A stretch of DNA of 64,000 nt from Centroscyllium fabricii (taxonomy: Eukaryota): assembly GCA_051313645.2 (NCBI GenBank), contig JBNRSN020000012.1, forward strand, positions 58,528,001 to 58,592,000, written 5' to 3'. The position numbers were made by a program, and so were the translations under genes. The notes under the pieces were generated by a model that was given only the letters and a program-made list of their open reading frames with translations, was not told the origin of the DNA and did no database searches. Of the stretch, positions 49,413 to 61,337 are shown one piece after another; positions within the stretch are counted from its first letter, which is position 1; each line of letters starts with the position of its first letter.

Positions 49413-50250
49413 GTATGCACCGTTCTGTATTACAATGGGTTATTTCAGGTCTTTATCATTAAAAATCTTGTATCTGTGCTATTGCATGTTTGATTTTTAC
49501 CATTTTAGTGAGCCTCTAACATTGCTGATTTGCCCCACGCTAAATACATGACACCATGGACCAATCAGATCTTTGGAAGAAGATTTATAACCTATGTACA
49601 TCACTGTGATAGTTCCTCACTCCTCTCTCCTGTTGATTCCCCAGCCCAAGCATTTTACTCACTCTGCCCATCCTGTACCCCTGCTTACTGCTCAAGCCCT
49701 ACTCCCCTCACTCCCAGGTCTTCCTCCAAATGCTGCAGCTCCACTCTCTTCCTACCACTGATTCCCATCCTAAGTGCTCCAGCTCCCACTCTTTCCCACC
49801 TCCCCAAGTGCTCCATCTCTGATTCTTCCCATCCACTGAAATGTGCAGTTCCAATTCCAGTGCCTGTTCCCAATACAGTATTGCAGCTGACCACCTCTGC
49901 CCTGAAAAGTACCCCTCCCCCACTATGATCAGCTCCCCTATCATCCAGTCCCTAGCTCCCAAATTCTCCCTCCGGGATACTGTGACTGGGCAACACTGGG
50001 AGATCTCATAGTTACTGTTATTTCTGCTTTGTTTTAGAGTTAATGTTGAATCTTAATTAAGTTACTGTGGTCAGGGCTACTGATTTAAGTGAGTGAATTA
50101 ACCAAATTCAGTTACAGAAAGGATTCTGGGACTTTTTTTGTGTTTTGGGGGTTGTGTTACATAGATACATAGATGATAGGAGCAGGAGTAGGCCATTCGG
50201 CCCTTCGAGCCTGCTCCGCCATTCAATGAGATCATGGCTGATCCTTCAGT

Positions 50251-53154
50251 TCAGTATCCCGTCCCTGCCTTCTCTCCGTAACCTTTAACCCCTTTTGCCT
50301 GCAGAAATATATCTAATTCCCTCTTAAATATATTTAATGAGCTGGCGTCCACTGCCCTCTGTGGCAGTGAGTTCCACAGGTTCACCACTCTCTGGGTGAA
50401 GAAATTCCTCCTCATCTCTGTCCTAAATGGTTTAGCCCTTATCCTTAAACTGTGTCCCCTAGTTCTGTACTCTCCTGCCATCGGAAACATTCCTTCTGCA
50501 TCTAGTCTGTCCAGGCCTGTCAGAATTTTATATGTTTCTATGAGATCCCCTCTCAATCTTCTAAACTCCAGTGTGTACATCCCCAAACTACATAGTCTCT
50601 CCTCATAGGTCATTCCTGCCATTCCTGGTATCAGCCTGGTGAATCGCCGCTGCACTCCTTCCATGGCAAGAACATCCTTCCTCGGATGAGGCGACCAAAA
50701 CTGCACACAGTACTCGAGGTGTGGTCTCACCAGTGCCCTGTACAGCTGTAGTAAGGTGTCCTTGTTCCTGTATTCTAACCCTTTTGATATGAAGGCCAGC
50801 ATACCATTTGCCTTCCTGACCGCCTGTTGCACCTGCATGCTCGCCTTCAATGACTGGTGCACAAGAACACCCAGGTCTCTCTGTACTTCCCCATCTCCCA
50901 ATCTATTGCCATTTAAATAATAATTTGCCCTCCCGTTTTTGCCCCCAAGGTAGATAACTTCACACTTATCCACATTATAGTGCATTTGCCATGTATCTGC
51001 CCAGTCCCCCAATTTGTCCAAATCGCTCTGGAGCTTCCTGATCTCTTCTTCTGAGCCTACCCCCCCTCCTAGTTTAGTGTCGTCTGCGAATTTGGAGATG
51101 CTGCATCCGATTCCCTGATCTAGGTCATTAATATAAATTGTGAACAGCTGGGGACCCAGGACAGATCCCTGAGGTACCCCACTTGTTACTGCCTGCCATT
51201 CAGAAAATGAGCCGTTTATTCCAACTCTCTGTTTTCTATCTGCCAGCCAGTTCTCTATCCACGTCAATACTTTTCCCCTTATCCCATGAGCCTTGATTTT
51301 ACATGCTAATCTTTTATGTGGGACCTTATCGAAGGCTTTTTGGAAGTCCAGGTACACCACATCTACTGGCTCTCCCCCATCTATTTTACCAGTTACTTCC
51401 TCAAAGAATTCCAATAGATTCGTCAAGCACGATTTACCTTTTGTAAATCCATGTTGACTCTGTCCTATCCTGTCCCCATTTGCCAAGTGCTCTGCTATTA
51501 CATCCTTAATGATGGACTCTAGTATTTTGCCCACCACCGATGTAAGGCTTACAGGTCTGTAATTACCTGCTTTTTCCCTACCCCCCTTTTTAAATAGTGG
51601 GGTAACATTAGCTACCCTCCAATCCATGGACACTGTTCCCGAGTCTATCGAATTCTGGAAAATTATCCTTAAAGCATCTGCTATCTCTAGGGCCACCTCC
51701 TTGAGTACCCTAGGATGCATGTTATCAGGCCCTGGGGATTTGTCAGCCTTCAGTCCCTTTAGCTTCCCCAACACCATATCCTTAGAGATATTGATTTTTG
51801 TCAGTTCCTCCCTTCCAATTGTCCCTATGGTTCCCGATATCTCAGGGAGGTTTTTTGTGTCTTCCTTTGTGAAGACAGACCCAAAATATGCATTTAATTG
51901 GTCTGCCATTTCCTTATTTCCCATTATATATTCCCCAGAATCTGACTGTAATGGACCGACTTTGGATTTCACCAGTCTTTTCCTCTTAATATACTTGTAA
52001 AAGCTTTTGGAGTTAGTTTTTATGTTTGCCGCAAGCTTACTTTCGTACGCTATTTTTCCCCTCCTGATTAATCCCTTTGCCCTCCTTTGTTGTATCCTAA
52101 ACTGTTCCCAATCTTCAGGTCTGGTGCTTTTTTTGGCTATTTTATATGCCCTTTCTTTGGATTTTATGCTGTCCCTAATTTCCCCTGTTATCCACGGTTG
52201 AGTCACCTTTTTAGATTTCTTTTTATGCCAGATTGGTATAAACAATTTCTGCAATTCTGCCATTCTGTCTTTAAATGCTTGCCATTGTTTATCCACCGCC
52301 AGTCCCCCCAGAAACGCTGCCCAATCAGACTTACTTAATTCCCGTCTCATGGCATCATAATTCCCCTTATTTAAATTCAGGACCTTAGTCTCTGAGTCAG
52401 TTTCTTCGCTCTCCATTTCGAGTGAGAATTCGATCATGTTATGATCGCTCTGACCCAAGGGTCCCCGTACAACAAGATTACTAATTAGTCCCTTCTCATT
52501 GCACAGTACCCAGTCCAAGATAGCCTGATCCCGAGTTGGTTCCTCGACATATTGATCCAGATAACCATCCCTTAAACACTCAAGGAATTCCTCCTCCTCA
52601 TTATTTTTACTAATTTGGCTAGTCCAATCTATATGCAAGTTAAAGTCACCTATGATGACAGCTGAGCTCTTATTGCACGCTTCTCTAATTTCCCTTTTAA
52701 TGCCCTCCCCTACCTCCATAATACTATTTGGAGGCCTATATACCACTCCTATTAACATTTTCCGCCCCTTGCTATTTCTTAGTTCTACCCATATAGATTC
52801 CGTATTAACCGAGTTAATATCCTTCCTTTCAATTGCATTTATCCCCTCTTTTACCAGCAATGCTACCCCTCCTCCCTTTCTTTTTTGTCGATCCTTCCTA
52901 AATATTGAATACCCCTGTATGTTAAGTTCCCAGCCTTGCCCATCCTGCAGCCATGTTTCCGTAATCCCAATTAGATCATATTTGTTTACCTCTATTTCTA
53001 CTGCTAATTCATCCACCTTGTTCCTAATGCTTCTTGCATTAAGGTATAAAGCCTTCAGGCTTGTTTTTTGCTCACACTTTTTATGAATTACTTTGGCCCT
53101 TTGTGTATTTTGTTTTTTGTTTCTCACCCTTTTACCATTTATTTCTGGCTGCAT
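50251..53154 (-). CDS. CR1 ORF2: AP endonuclease and reverse transcriptase (967 aa)
   Basis: YLNARS, ITETW, GDFN, SDH; QHGF, LDFQKAFD, GVPQGSVLGP, FADD. Confidence 0.97.
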   Translation of the reverse strand: MQPEINGKRVRNKKQNTQRAKVIHKKCEQKTSLKALYLNARSIRNKVDELAVEIEVNKYDLIGITETWLQDGQGWELNIQGYSIFRKDRQKRKGGGVALLVKEGINAIERKDINSVNTESIWVELRNSKGRKMLIGVVYRPPNSIMEVGEGIKREIREACNKSSAVIIGDFNLHIDWTSQISKNNEEEEFLECLRDGYLDQYVEEPTRDQAILDWVLCNEKGLISNLVVRGPLGQSDHNMIEFSLEMESEETDSETKVLNLNKGNYDAMRRELSKSDWAAFLGGLAVDKQWQAFKDRMAELQKLFIPIWHKKKSKKVTQPWITGEIRDSIKSKERAYKIAKKSTRPEDWEQFRIQQRRAKGLIRRGKIAYESKLAANIKTNSKSFYKYIKRKRLVKSKVGPLQSDSGEYIMGNKEMADQLNAYFGSVFTKEDTKNLPEISGTIGTIGREELTKINISKDMVLGKLKGLKADKSPGPDNMHPRVLKEVALEIADALRIIFQNSIDSGTVSMDWRVANVTPLFKKGGREKAGNYRPVSLTSVVGKILESIIKDVIAEHLANGDRIGQSQHGFTKGKSCLTNLLEFFEEVTGKIDGGEPVDVVYLDFQKAFDKVPHKRLACKIKAHGIRGKVLTWIENWLADRKQRVGINGSFSEWQAVTSGVPQGSVLGPQLFTIYINDLDQGIGCSISKFADDTKLGGGVGSEEEIRKLQSDLDKLGDWADTWQMHYNVDKCEVIYLGGKNGRANYYLNGNRLGDGEVQRDLGVLVHQSLKASMQVQQAVRKANGMLAFISKGLEYRNKDTLLQLYRALVRPHLEYCVQFWSPHPRKDVLAMEGVQRRFTRLIPGMAGMTYEERLCSLGMYTLEFRRLRGDLIETYKILTGLDRLDAEGMFPMAGEYRTRGHSLRIRAKPFRTEMRRNFFTQRVVNLWNSLPQRAVDASSLNIFKRELDIFLQAKGVKGYGEKAGTGY

Positions 53155-53201
53155 TTTGCTTTCCTCTTTTTCACTACATAGGTTCCTAGCCCCCTGCCAT
53201 A

Positions 53202-54146
53202 CTAGTTTAAATGCTCCCGAACTGCTTTAGCAAATATTACCCCGAGAACATCAGTTCCATCTCTGCCTAGGTGTAGACCGTCCCTTTTGTATAGGTCACA
53301 CCTCCCACAGAACTGGTTCCAATGCCTCAAAAATTTTAAACCCTCCCTCTTACACCACTGCTCAAGCCACGTATTCAGCCTCTCTATCCTGCTCTCTGTA
53401 TTCTGACTAGCACGTGGCACTGGTAGTAATCCAGAGATTACTACCTTCAAGGTCCTACTTTTCAACTTAGCTCCTAGCTCCCTAAATTCTGCTTGTAGGA
53501 CCTCCTCCCTTTTTTTAGCTACATCGTTGGTACCAACATGTACCACGACAACTGGCTGTTCCCCCTCCCCCTCCAGAATGTTCTGTACCCGCTCCGAGAC
53601 ATCCTTGACCCTTGCACCAGGGAGGCAACATACCATCCTGGAGTCTCGGTCACGGCCACAGAAACTCCTATCTATTCCCCTTACGATTGAGTCCCCTATC
53701 ACTATAGCCCTGCCACTCTTTTTCCCGCCCTTCTTTGCAGCAGAGCCAGTCATGGTGCCATGAGTCTGGCTGCTGGTGCCTTCCCCTGATGAGTCATCTC
53801 CCCCAACAGTACCTAAAACGGTGAACCTGTTTCGAAGGGAGATAACCGCAGGGGATTCCTGCACTACCTTCCTGCCCTGGTTCTGCCTTTTGGTCACCCA
53901 TGCCCTGTCTACGCTGGCCTTTACCTGCGGTGTGACCAACTCCCTGAATGTGCTATCCACAACCATCTCAGAATTGTGGATGCTCCAAAGTGAGTCCATC
54001 CGCAGCTCAAGGGCCACCATGCGGTCCCTCAGGAGCTGCAGCTGGACACACTTCCCGCACACATAGTTGTCAGGGACACCGGAAGTGTCCCTGATTTCCC
54101 ACATGGCACAGGAGGAGCATGACACAGGTCTGAGCTGTCCTACCAT
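53202..54146 (-). CDS. CR1 ORF1: zinc finger/zipper plus SGNH esterase (314 aa)
   Basis: CSSC..CGKC, IGDSIVR, HVGTND, DGLHL. Confidence 0.95.
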   Translation of the reverse strand: MVGQLRPVSCSSCAMWEIRDTSGVPDNYVCGKCVQLQLLRDRMVALELRMDSLWSIHNSEMVVDSTFRELVTPQVKASVDRAWVTKRQNQGRKVVQESPAVISLRNRFTVLGTVGGDDSSGEGTSSQTHGTMTGSAAKKGGKKSGRAIVIGDSIVRGIDRSFCGRDRDSRMVCCLPGARVKDVSERVQNILEGEGEQPVVVVHVGTNDVAKKREEVLQAEFRELGAKLKSRTLKVVISGLLPVPRASQNTESRIERLNTWLEQWCKREGLKFLRHWNQFCGRCDLYKRDGLHLGRDGTDVLGVIFAKAVREHLN

Positions 54147-57100
54147 GACTTAACCCTTATATTACCTTTTAATTTACTAGTTTTAGCTTATTTCTTAACT
54201 TTTACTTCCTGAAGCTACTTTGGCTTATTTATTAACTTTTACTTCCTGAAGCTTACTTTAGACCGATCTATAAAGTACCCTTCGTTTCCTTTCTAGATTT
54301 ACTGAATCCCACTACTTTTAGTAGTTTTTAGAAAAGTTTGAGGAAAGTACTCACCAGTCCCTTGCCTCCTGTTGGGAAGGCTTTCTCTGTCCTGGAACCC
54401 TTTCCACCTAGGTTGGGCTCCTGAAAATAAAAATAATTTGAACTTACCTTTTTAAAATCACTCTAACCCCCTAAGGTTAGAGGAGGATGGAAGGGTTGTG
54501 CGATTGAATCTATTTACCATTAGAGCATTAGTCTATAGAGACTGAATGTTGAATTCTGTTTTTAATTACATGGTTTTCTAGAATTTTTACTGGAATTTTG
54601 GGATTGAATTTTGCAGCTCCAACCATTATTTTATGAAAAATATAAACCTGAGGCATTTAACTACGCCGTAACAAGTCTTTTTTTTTAAATTAGCCAAGCA
54701 ATTGCTAAGCTGCTGAATTCTGGAACTGGTGTTGGTATGCACTGTGGATGCTTTACATTTAGAATACAAATTTACTGATGACTACAATTTTGTCTTTATA
54801 GGTCTACTTCTTTTGACAGGTCTTTAATTACAATATTTAACTTGTCTATTAAACTACTCAGCAGCTGTGAATTTGTGATCTAAAGGTGTATTTTTAAGTC
54901 TTCTAAGGATTCCTCACTTCAGCAATATTCTGTGTTTTCAGTGGCCTAGGTCTCCTATCAAGTGTGAATTTTATGTTCTGGGGCATGGAGGGGTGGGGGT
55001 TGGTTAAATGAATGTTTTAAGGCAGGTGACCTGATGAATCTTTTGGCTGCATGTATACCTGCATGTGCTGAAAAAGCTTTCAATTCTCTAACAAGTTATA
55101 ACTTAACATACTTTGACTGTATTTAGGCCAGATCATAATGTTTCTGCTTTCTGTAACCTTTTTCACACTGTGTTGGGGCATGACAGCATATTGAACATCC
55201 TGTTCTCTCAAATGAGAAATTTCACACACATCCTACTTGTTTCAGCTGAGAGGATCGAGCAGTTCAGGCCAAGAACAACTACAGTAGTGTAATGAAGGCA
55301 ATGCAGGCCAGCCTGTGTACTGCAGCACTTCCTGTAATTGTCACTGTTACTTCCTGTCCCACTTTTTTGATGGTACCCCTATTGGAGTAAAACAGCATAT
55401 CTTCTGACACAACATGAGCAATGCCGTGGGAGATCTCCAGCAATTGGTTACTATCTGGGAATACATATTGTGTATAAAATAACCTGCAAACCACAGAAAT
55501 TAACCTTGTACCCTAATACCCACTGTGTAATGCTGTAATCCTCAACTCCATATGGTACTGAACTTCAAAATCTCCTCTGCCAGTGTGCATCGCAATTGGC
55601 TAACAGCAGTGCAGTCATTATGTAAATGCACTTATCATTAAACACATACAACATATTGTAATCTACCTCAAAGGATTCGAAGAATGTTCGCAAAGCACTG
55701 GTCTTGCGGTTTATGATTTCAAATCAATCTTTTCTGTCCCAGCAGCGTATCCCATTCCTTCACGCTTTTGTTAAATATGTATTGATCTGGTCTAAATTCC
55801 TGTTTTATGTTAGCATAAACTATAAAAGACAGTATCCATTCTTATAATAGCTTATCACCAATGTCATTGTTTATTTCAAATAATATGTTATGTTCCTAAG
55901 ATTCACCAGAGTCTTAAATTGTTTGGCAGTGATTCTTATTGAGTCTAGCTCAAGGATGTGCTGTAAAAATTAAAATCATAACTAGTTGTAAATTTAAAAT
56001 ATTTAGCATTTAAAGATTGAGCAGCAAAGTTTTAAATGGATCACAAAAGCTGGGAAACAAGTGAATATTTTTTATATTTACAATGAGAGGGTGTAAGGTA
56101 AAAATGTTGTTTCCCCCCATTAAACTTCCCCTGTTCCCTGTCACAGGAAAGGAGGATGACTTCCTTGCAGGCCTGTACATATTCTGCTTTGCAGCTAGCT
56201 GCTATCAGGTGTCCAAGTTGCTATCTCTCTGAATCCCTCTCCTTGGAATCTACTTGTTCCTGCTTTTCTTTCTTTCTTGTACTTAGTGGGAAATCAAATG
56301 CAGAAGTGCAATCAGAACAGTTTTCATATGCAACGGTTGCATCTAGCAGCTGTAACTTTTGTTGATTCTGTGAAAATTATACCATTAGAACTTCAAACCA
56401 TTTTTAAAAAATCTATAAATAAGACGACCTTTTTGTAGACATGATGTTGGGACAAGACAAACAACTTAAGAATTGCAGAATTACTGCATTCATCTTTTAC
56501 CCAAGCCCTAATTAAATTCTTCCCCTCCACCTTAAGGCTTCTATCTTCCAAACATGTTTTCCAGAGAGGAATTCAGGAGTTTCCATTCATTACTTTTAAC
56601 AATTGTTACAATCACTATTTGTGCAGTAGTCAGTGCTGACATGTGGTGCTCCACAATGCAGCCTGGCTGACCACTAAAAATGTCCCAGCAGTGGCAAGTG
56701 GACACCCATGATGCAGTGATGATTGGAAATTGAATCCAGTGGTGTAGCTCCCACAGTAACTGGCCTATCCTAGTGTTCAAACTCTAATTTGGATGTAAGA
56801 ATATAGTTAAAATGAGCAACAGCAACCCGTTTCAACTTCTAAAGCACAGAAGTTCATCTGTGTAAAAAGAATTTCAGTTAAACTGCCTTGGTAAATTGAA
56901 ACAAATGATCTAATAGATTTTCAAAAGTTAAATCAACGAATCACTGTTTGACTCTTGGGAAATCTCCCACAACAAGGAGGGAAAGATGAGAGTAGCTGGT
57001 AATCAGAAACAGTATTTAAAGTTAATGCTCCCTTTAAACTGGATACTGTCTTTTTGAAGTTAATTGTGCACCCTGTGTTTATTGCGCATGAGTCTGAAAC

Positions 57101-57201
57101 GGGACAAAGATAAAAGTAATTCTAAGTAAGTGTTGCATGCCGATTTTCTCGACTAATTTTTCTCTATCGTTTCTCTCCTGCACTCACTGAAACATTGGAA
57201 G

Positions 57202-57408
57202 GATGACCTTTGCTCTTCATCTGATGTGCTCCAAGCCAACCTCCTCAGCACTCAAAAGACGGTTGACATGCTACTGACTTTGGGAGCGAGCATAACCAGT
57301 CCTGTTCTCGCCCCTCTCTCTGGTGGCCAGCTTGCAGGCTTTGCTCTCTTTTACATCAATGTGATGCTTCTGCTTTTTGCTCTGTACCATTGGGTCACTG
57401 TGTTTTAA
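57202..57408 (+). CDS. LRCH3: LRCH3 alternative terminal exon with C-terminal transmembrane segment
   Basis: ggaag|GAT acceptor, phase 0; DDLCSSSDVLQANLLSTQKTVDMLLTLG...QLAGFALFYINVMLLLFALYHWVTVF*. Confidence 0.92.
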   Translation, partial: DDLCSSSDVLQANLLSTQKTVDMLLTLGASITSPVLAPLSGGQLAGFALFYINVMLLLFALYHWVTVF

Positions 57409-59439
57409 TTAGAAGAGAAAGTATGTGTAAGGGGAAAGAGAGAGCGAGAGACTGTGCAAAGGGCTCTGTACTATTGGCCTTAGTTGAAAAAATTCCATAG
57501 AAAATGTTTCTAAGTACAGTCACAAGAGATTATTTTTAATAGAGATCTATGCTCAGGCTCCTCATATTTTGGAACAGAAGCCATTTACAGTGCCTTTCAT
57601 ACCATTTCTCTTGACATTTAACAGATTTTGAAGTCAAGACTTTTTTACTCATATTCAGTCCACTCGCAGAGCCACTACCTGTATTTGACTGAAAAGTTCA
57701 TGCATTCTTGGCTGACATTGCAAGCTGTTCTTAGTAAAAAGCTCTTTAAGTGATTGCCATACCATCAGAATCATTTTGTATCTTGTTAATCAGATTAAAA
57801 TATTCCCAAAATAACCAGGCTGGTATTTACACTTTTGTTGGGGCTAGTTCTAAGGGCAGGACCTGTTGTCTGTTGGAAGATGGATCAAGCTGTTATTATT
57901 AACATTAGTGAGACTTCCATACCCCTTCTTCCTGGGCTGTATCTGAGGTGGAAAGGCAGTGCATTAAATACTGTACCTTCAAAAACAATTCCTTCATTTT
58001 TGGTCTACCAAACACTGGTCTCTTTTGATTGTTTAACAGCCTGTGATTAAATCCATTATATTAATATCAAGTTGTTAATCCTGTCCTTTCCGGGATGGTT
58101 GAGTGGCTAGTGTAGAAGTTGCTGGTTGCAGAGTTATTGATTATCTTCATGTACCGTGAATCTATTCTGCACTTGTGAATGTGAAAAATTAAGTATACAA
58201 TACATGTTATGCCCCTGCCATCACTGCATCATTACTACTGCATATATATTGCTATTAAACTACAACTTCTGGATAATTCAATTAAAAGCCATGGCAAGGA
58301 TGGATAGTTTCAGTAGCAATAAGACAATCTTATTGTTTTGTTTATTTTAGAGAACAGAATTGATTTTTTTAAATCTGTGTTCAATTTTTGTATATGTCAA
58401 GTGTAACCACCATCTATCTATCTGCCTTTGATCCTGCCCCCATAGTTAATGTTTCACCACCTTTGGAAAACTTATTAGCAAAAGCAGACTGTTGTGAACC
58501 AATTTCTGCCTGTTCTTGGGAAGTAAATGATATCCATATCATTCAACTTAATGTTGTACAATAGAGAACATAATCAAAATTAATGGAGTAAAGATTGTCT
58601 CATGTGGGAACAGGCAAAGCCTTCTGCTGCAGAACTCACTCACTTTTCTCAGGGACAGGTACCTTACCTATCCAAAGACATCATTGATACCATCATTTTA
58701 TTGACATTTTTGATATCTTCTGATTTAAGCAGAAAAAAATTACCTCACTGACACAAAGTTGAACACCCTCCTTTTTCCTTTGCATTGAAACATTAAAGTT
58801 GAAGATACTTGATAATATCATAAATCTTGAAAAGAAAAACTTTCTTTTTATATAGCGCCTTGTCACGCTTGATGTATGAACCAAATATTACTGCATCTTT
58901 AACTGTCAAGCACAACTTTTTTGTGTGAGTAGATGAATTGCATAATCGACTTCCAACTAATTTTGTTCATTCATTCATTTATACTCATTTAACAGGTTAT
59001 TTTCTTGCACAGCAGTAAAGAAGGTATATGTTTTACTAAATAAGCCTTCAAATGGTCACATACAGTATTCAGAGCAGTGGACATTGCACTAGAGTTAGTG
59101 GTCACCAGCATCTGAAAGTAATTTTATGGTGGCCAAAAATAAAGTTACAATATGAAAATAAATATTCCATCCACATTTATTTCTCTCATCCAAATCTATT
59201 TTCTGCACTTCTAAATCACAGCAAGTGTTACCCTTGCTCTGTACCAAAGATGAAACCCGTCTGTAACTTTTTGCTAAAAGGCATGCATAAGAAATACTGC
59301 CATTGTGGTTTGTGTACCGCAATGTCCAATGATGTGAGGCAGTAATGAGAACTGACTAAATACCAAAAGGGACACGAGCCTTTTTAATAAATAAATGCTT
59401 TTTCCTCCTTTTCTCCAAATTTTTCCCTTTGCATCCCCA

Positions 59440-59820
59440 CCCCTGCTGTGGCTCATGCTGGGGTACAGTTCCATTGGCAGCACCCACTCTCTAGTGCCAT
59501 GCCCAGATGGTTATTATTCCAGTGTGATCCTGGACAATGAGTGTCAGCAGGATATCCAAACATCACAGCTTGAACCAAGTCATTTTTGCACCCACTGTCC
59601 ACATGCATCCATTTCCAGCAGGATAGATATCAGGAGTGGGAATGTTGGGCTGATTTATTTTTCATTCTTAGCCCAATATCTGAGACCAGTTTTAGCAGCT
59701 CTATTGCTATTTGACTGAGATCGTCTAATTCACTTCTAACGAGAGCTTAAACCTGGCACCTTCCTGGTCTGTACAACTCGGGACCACACCAGACAGTCTG
59801 TTTACCCACTCAACCAGCAA
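59440..59820 (-). repeat. Ancient decayed SINE-like repeat (related pieces at ~43200-43400, 44540-44840, 46225-46380, 48440-48700)
   Basis: Recurring degenerate blocks (CTGGTCTGTG..GAGTTAGC, TTTCCAGCAGG/CCTGCTGGAAA) at several loci; family not assignable. Confidence 0.45.
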
Positions 59821-61229
59821 AGGGCTCTTGTCATATGTAGATTTGAATAGTAAATTAACACTATAGCCCCAGTAAAATCCTGTAACTTTGAAGAAACAGC
59901 AGTAAATAAATGTATCAACTTTCTGCAGAATTGAAAAATATTTAAAATTCAACTGATTCTGTGGTGTAGCAAGGGCTCACTGAAGTACATCAGTATGAGG
60001 ATTAACTCAAGATTACTGTTGGTTTTATGTAATGTGGCAGGTGGGAATCTATAAACTGTTTAAATTGCCGTTTTAAAAAATAAAGCTTTTTAATTTATGA
60101 AAGCATTATAAATAGAAATTACCTGACCGAAACATTTGCTTTCCAGTGAATGTTCCAATTCATATGGGTTTTTCATTTAACAGTGAGAAGATCACTACTG
60201 ATAAAATATAAAACCAATTCATTTGTTTGTAGTGGTAAATTATAGATTCTTACTACATGTTCTTTGTCAATTTTTGTCTGAGGATTTTATTTTTCTAATT
60301 ATTTATTGATTTTATTACATTACTGTACAGTATTTGTATAAAACCAAGATTGTTAGAAGTGATTTAACCGTGCAGTAGCTTTTACATATTTTAACACTGA
60401 GTCCATCATTTTTCTTAACTGATGAGGAAAGGCATAAGTAATACATTTGCAACTTGTCTCACGATGGATAACCTTGACGGTCTGGATCGCTACTTGGTAT
60501 TTTAGTCCAGGTCCCACTTGTTCTTGCTATTCAAAGTTCTGTCTGTGTAATGCATTCTGAAGATAAGTCTGCAGTGAATTAACATATCAATAATTGAGAT
60601 TCTATTTGCTGCCTTTTATTCATTTTAAATAGGAATTTTACACACAAATCACTATAGCACTACATTTAATATCTTGCAAGTGGGAAAGAGTTTTCTAATT
60701 TTTTAAATCAAACCTAACCCAACATCTTTTTAAAAACGTTTATCTTCCCTCACACACACATAGCAAGTGTACAGCAGTACTTTTTGCTTCCATTGAAGTT
60801 GAGAATATAAATAGGCATCCAAAAATCACCTAGCCTAGAGCAAAATACAGTTTTATTGCTTTTTTGCATTTCCATCATCTGTCAGTCACATTGTGGGCAC
60901 AAGTGCATGAAGATCTGCGTTAGGGGGTGAGATTTAGCCTTTTGTTGGTGGGATTGGTTGGGGATAGACTCCTGAAGTTACCATTGGCAACTGCACCCCT
61001 GCCCCTCTCCCACTTTGTTGCTGCTCATCTGCTTTCCTCAATTAATTTGTATGCAAGCAGTTAGTGTTCACAAGTTAATTTTGATGTCTTATATTGTCAT
61101 TTCGTTTTTCAGGTCTTCCATTTTTTAAGTTTGGTTTTATCTTTTCACATGTATGTCATTTGTTAATTTTGTTTTTCTCCCCTCTCTTCTTTTATTCCCC
61201 TCCCTTTCTCTTTTTTTCATTTTGTTTAG

Positions 61230-61337
61230 GATCGATTGTGCCTGCCCCTTCACATTCTAGAAGAGAAAGGACTGGCACAGGTAGCCGTGACTATAGAAAC
61301 TCTGCTTGAGCTCGCCCCTACCAAACAGCACCATTAA
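61230..61337 (+). CDS. LRCH3: LRCH3 alternative terminal exon, soluble isoform (DRLCLPLHILEEKGLAQVAVTIETLLELAPTKQHH*)
   Basis: Very long pyrimidine tract then tttag, phase 0; LCLPLHILEEKGL.QVAVT..LLELAP motif. Confidence 0.94.
   Translation, partial: DRLCLPLHILEEKGLAQVAVTIETLLELAPTKQHH

Larger units (their letters stand above)
50157..54492 (-). mobile_element. Full-length CR1 LINE, both ORFs open
   Basis: Apparent 8-bp TSD GGGTTGTG (50149-50156, 54493-54500); octamer-repeat tail; ORF1 plus ORF2. Confidence 0.95.

Noticed and set aside
49530-49960. 132-aa Pro/Ser-rich ORF
   Set aside because: Low-complexity C/T-rich intronic sequence without splice support
50396-54066. Plus-strand ORFs overlapping CR1 (also 15728-17658)
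   Set aside because: Antisense shadows of LINE coding sequence
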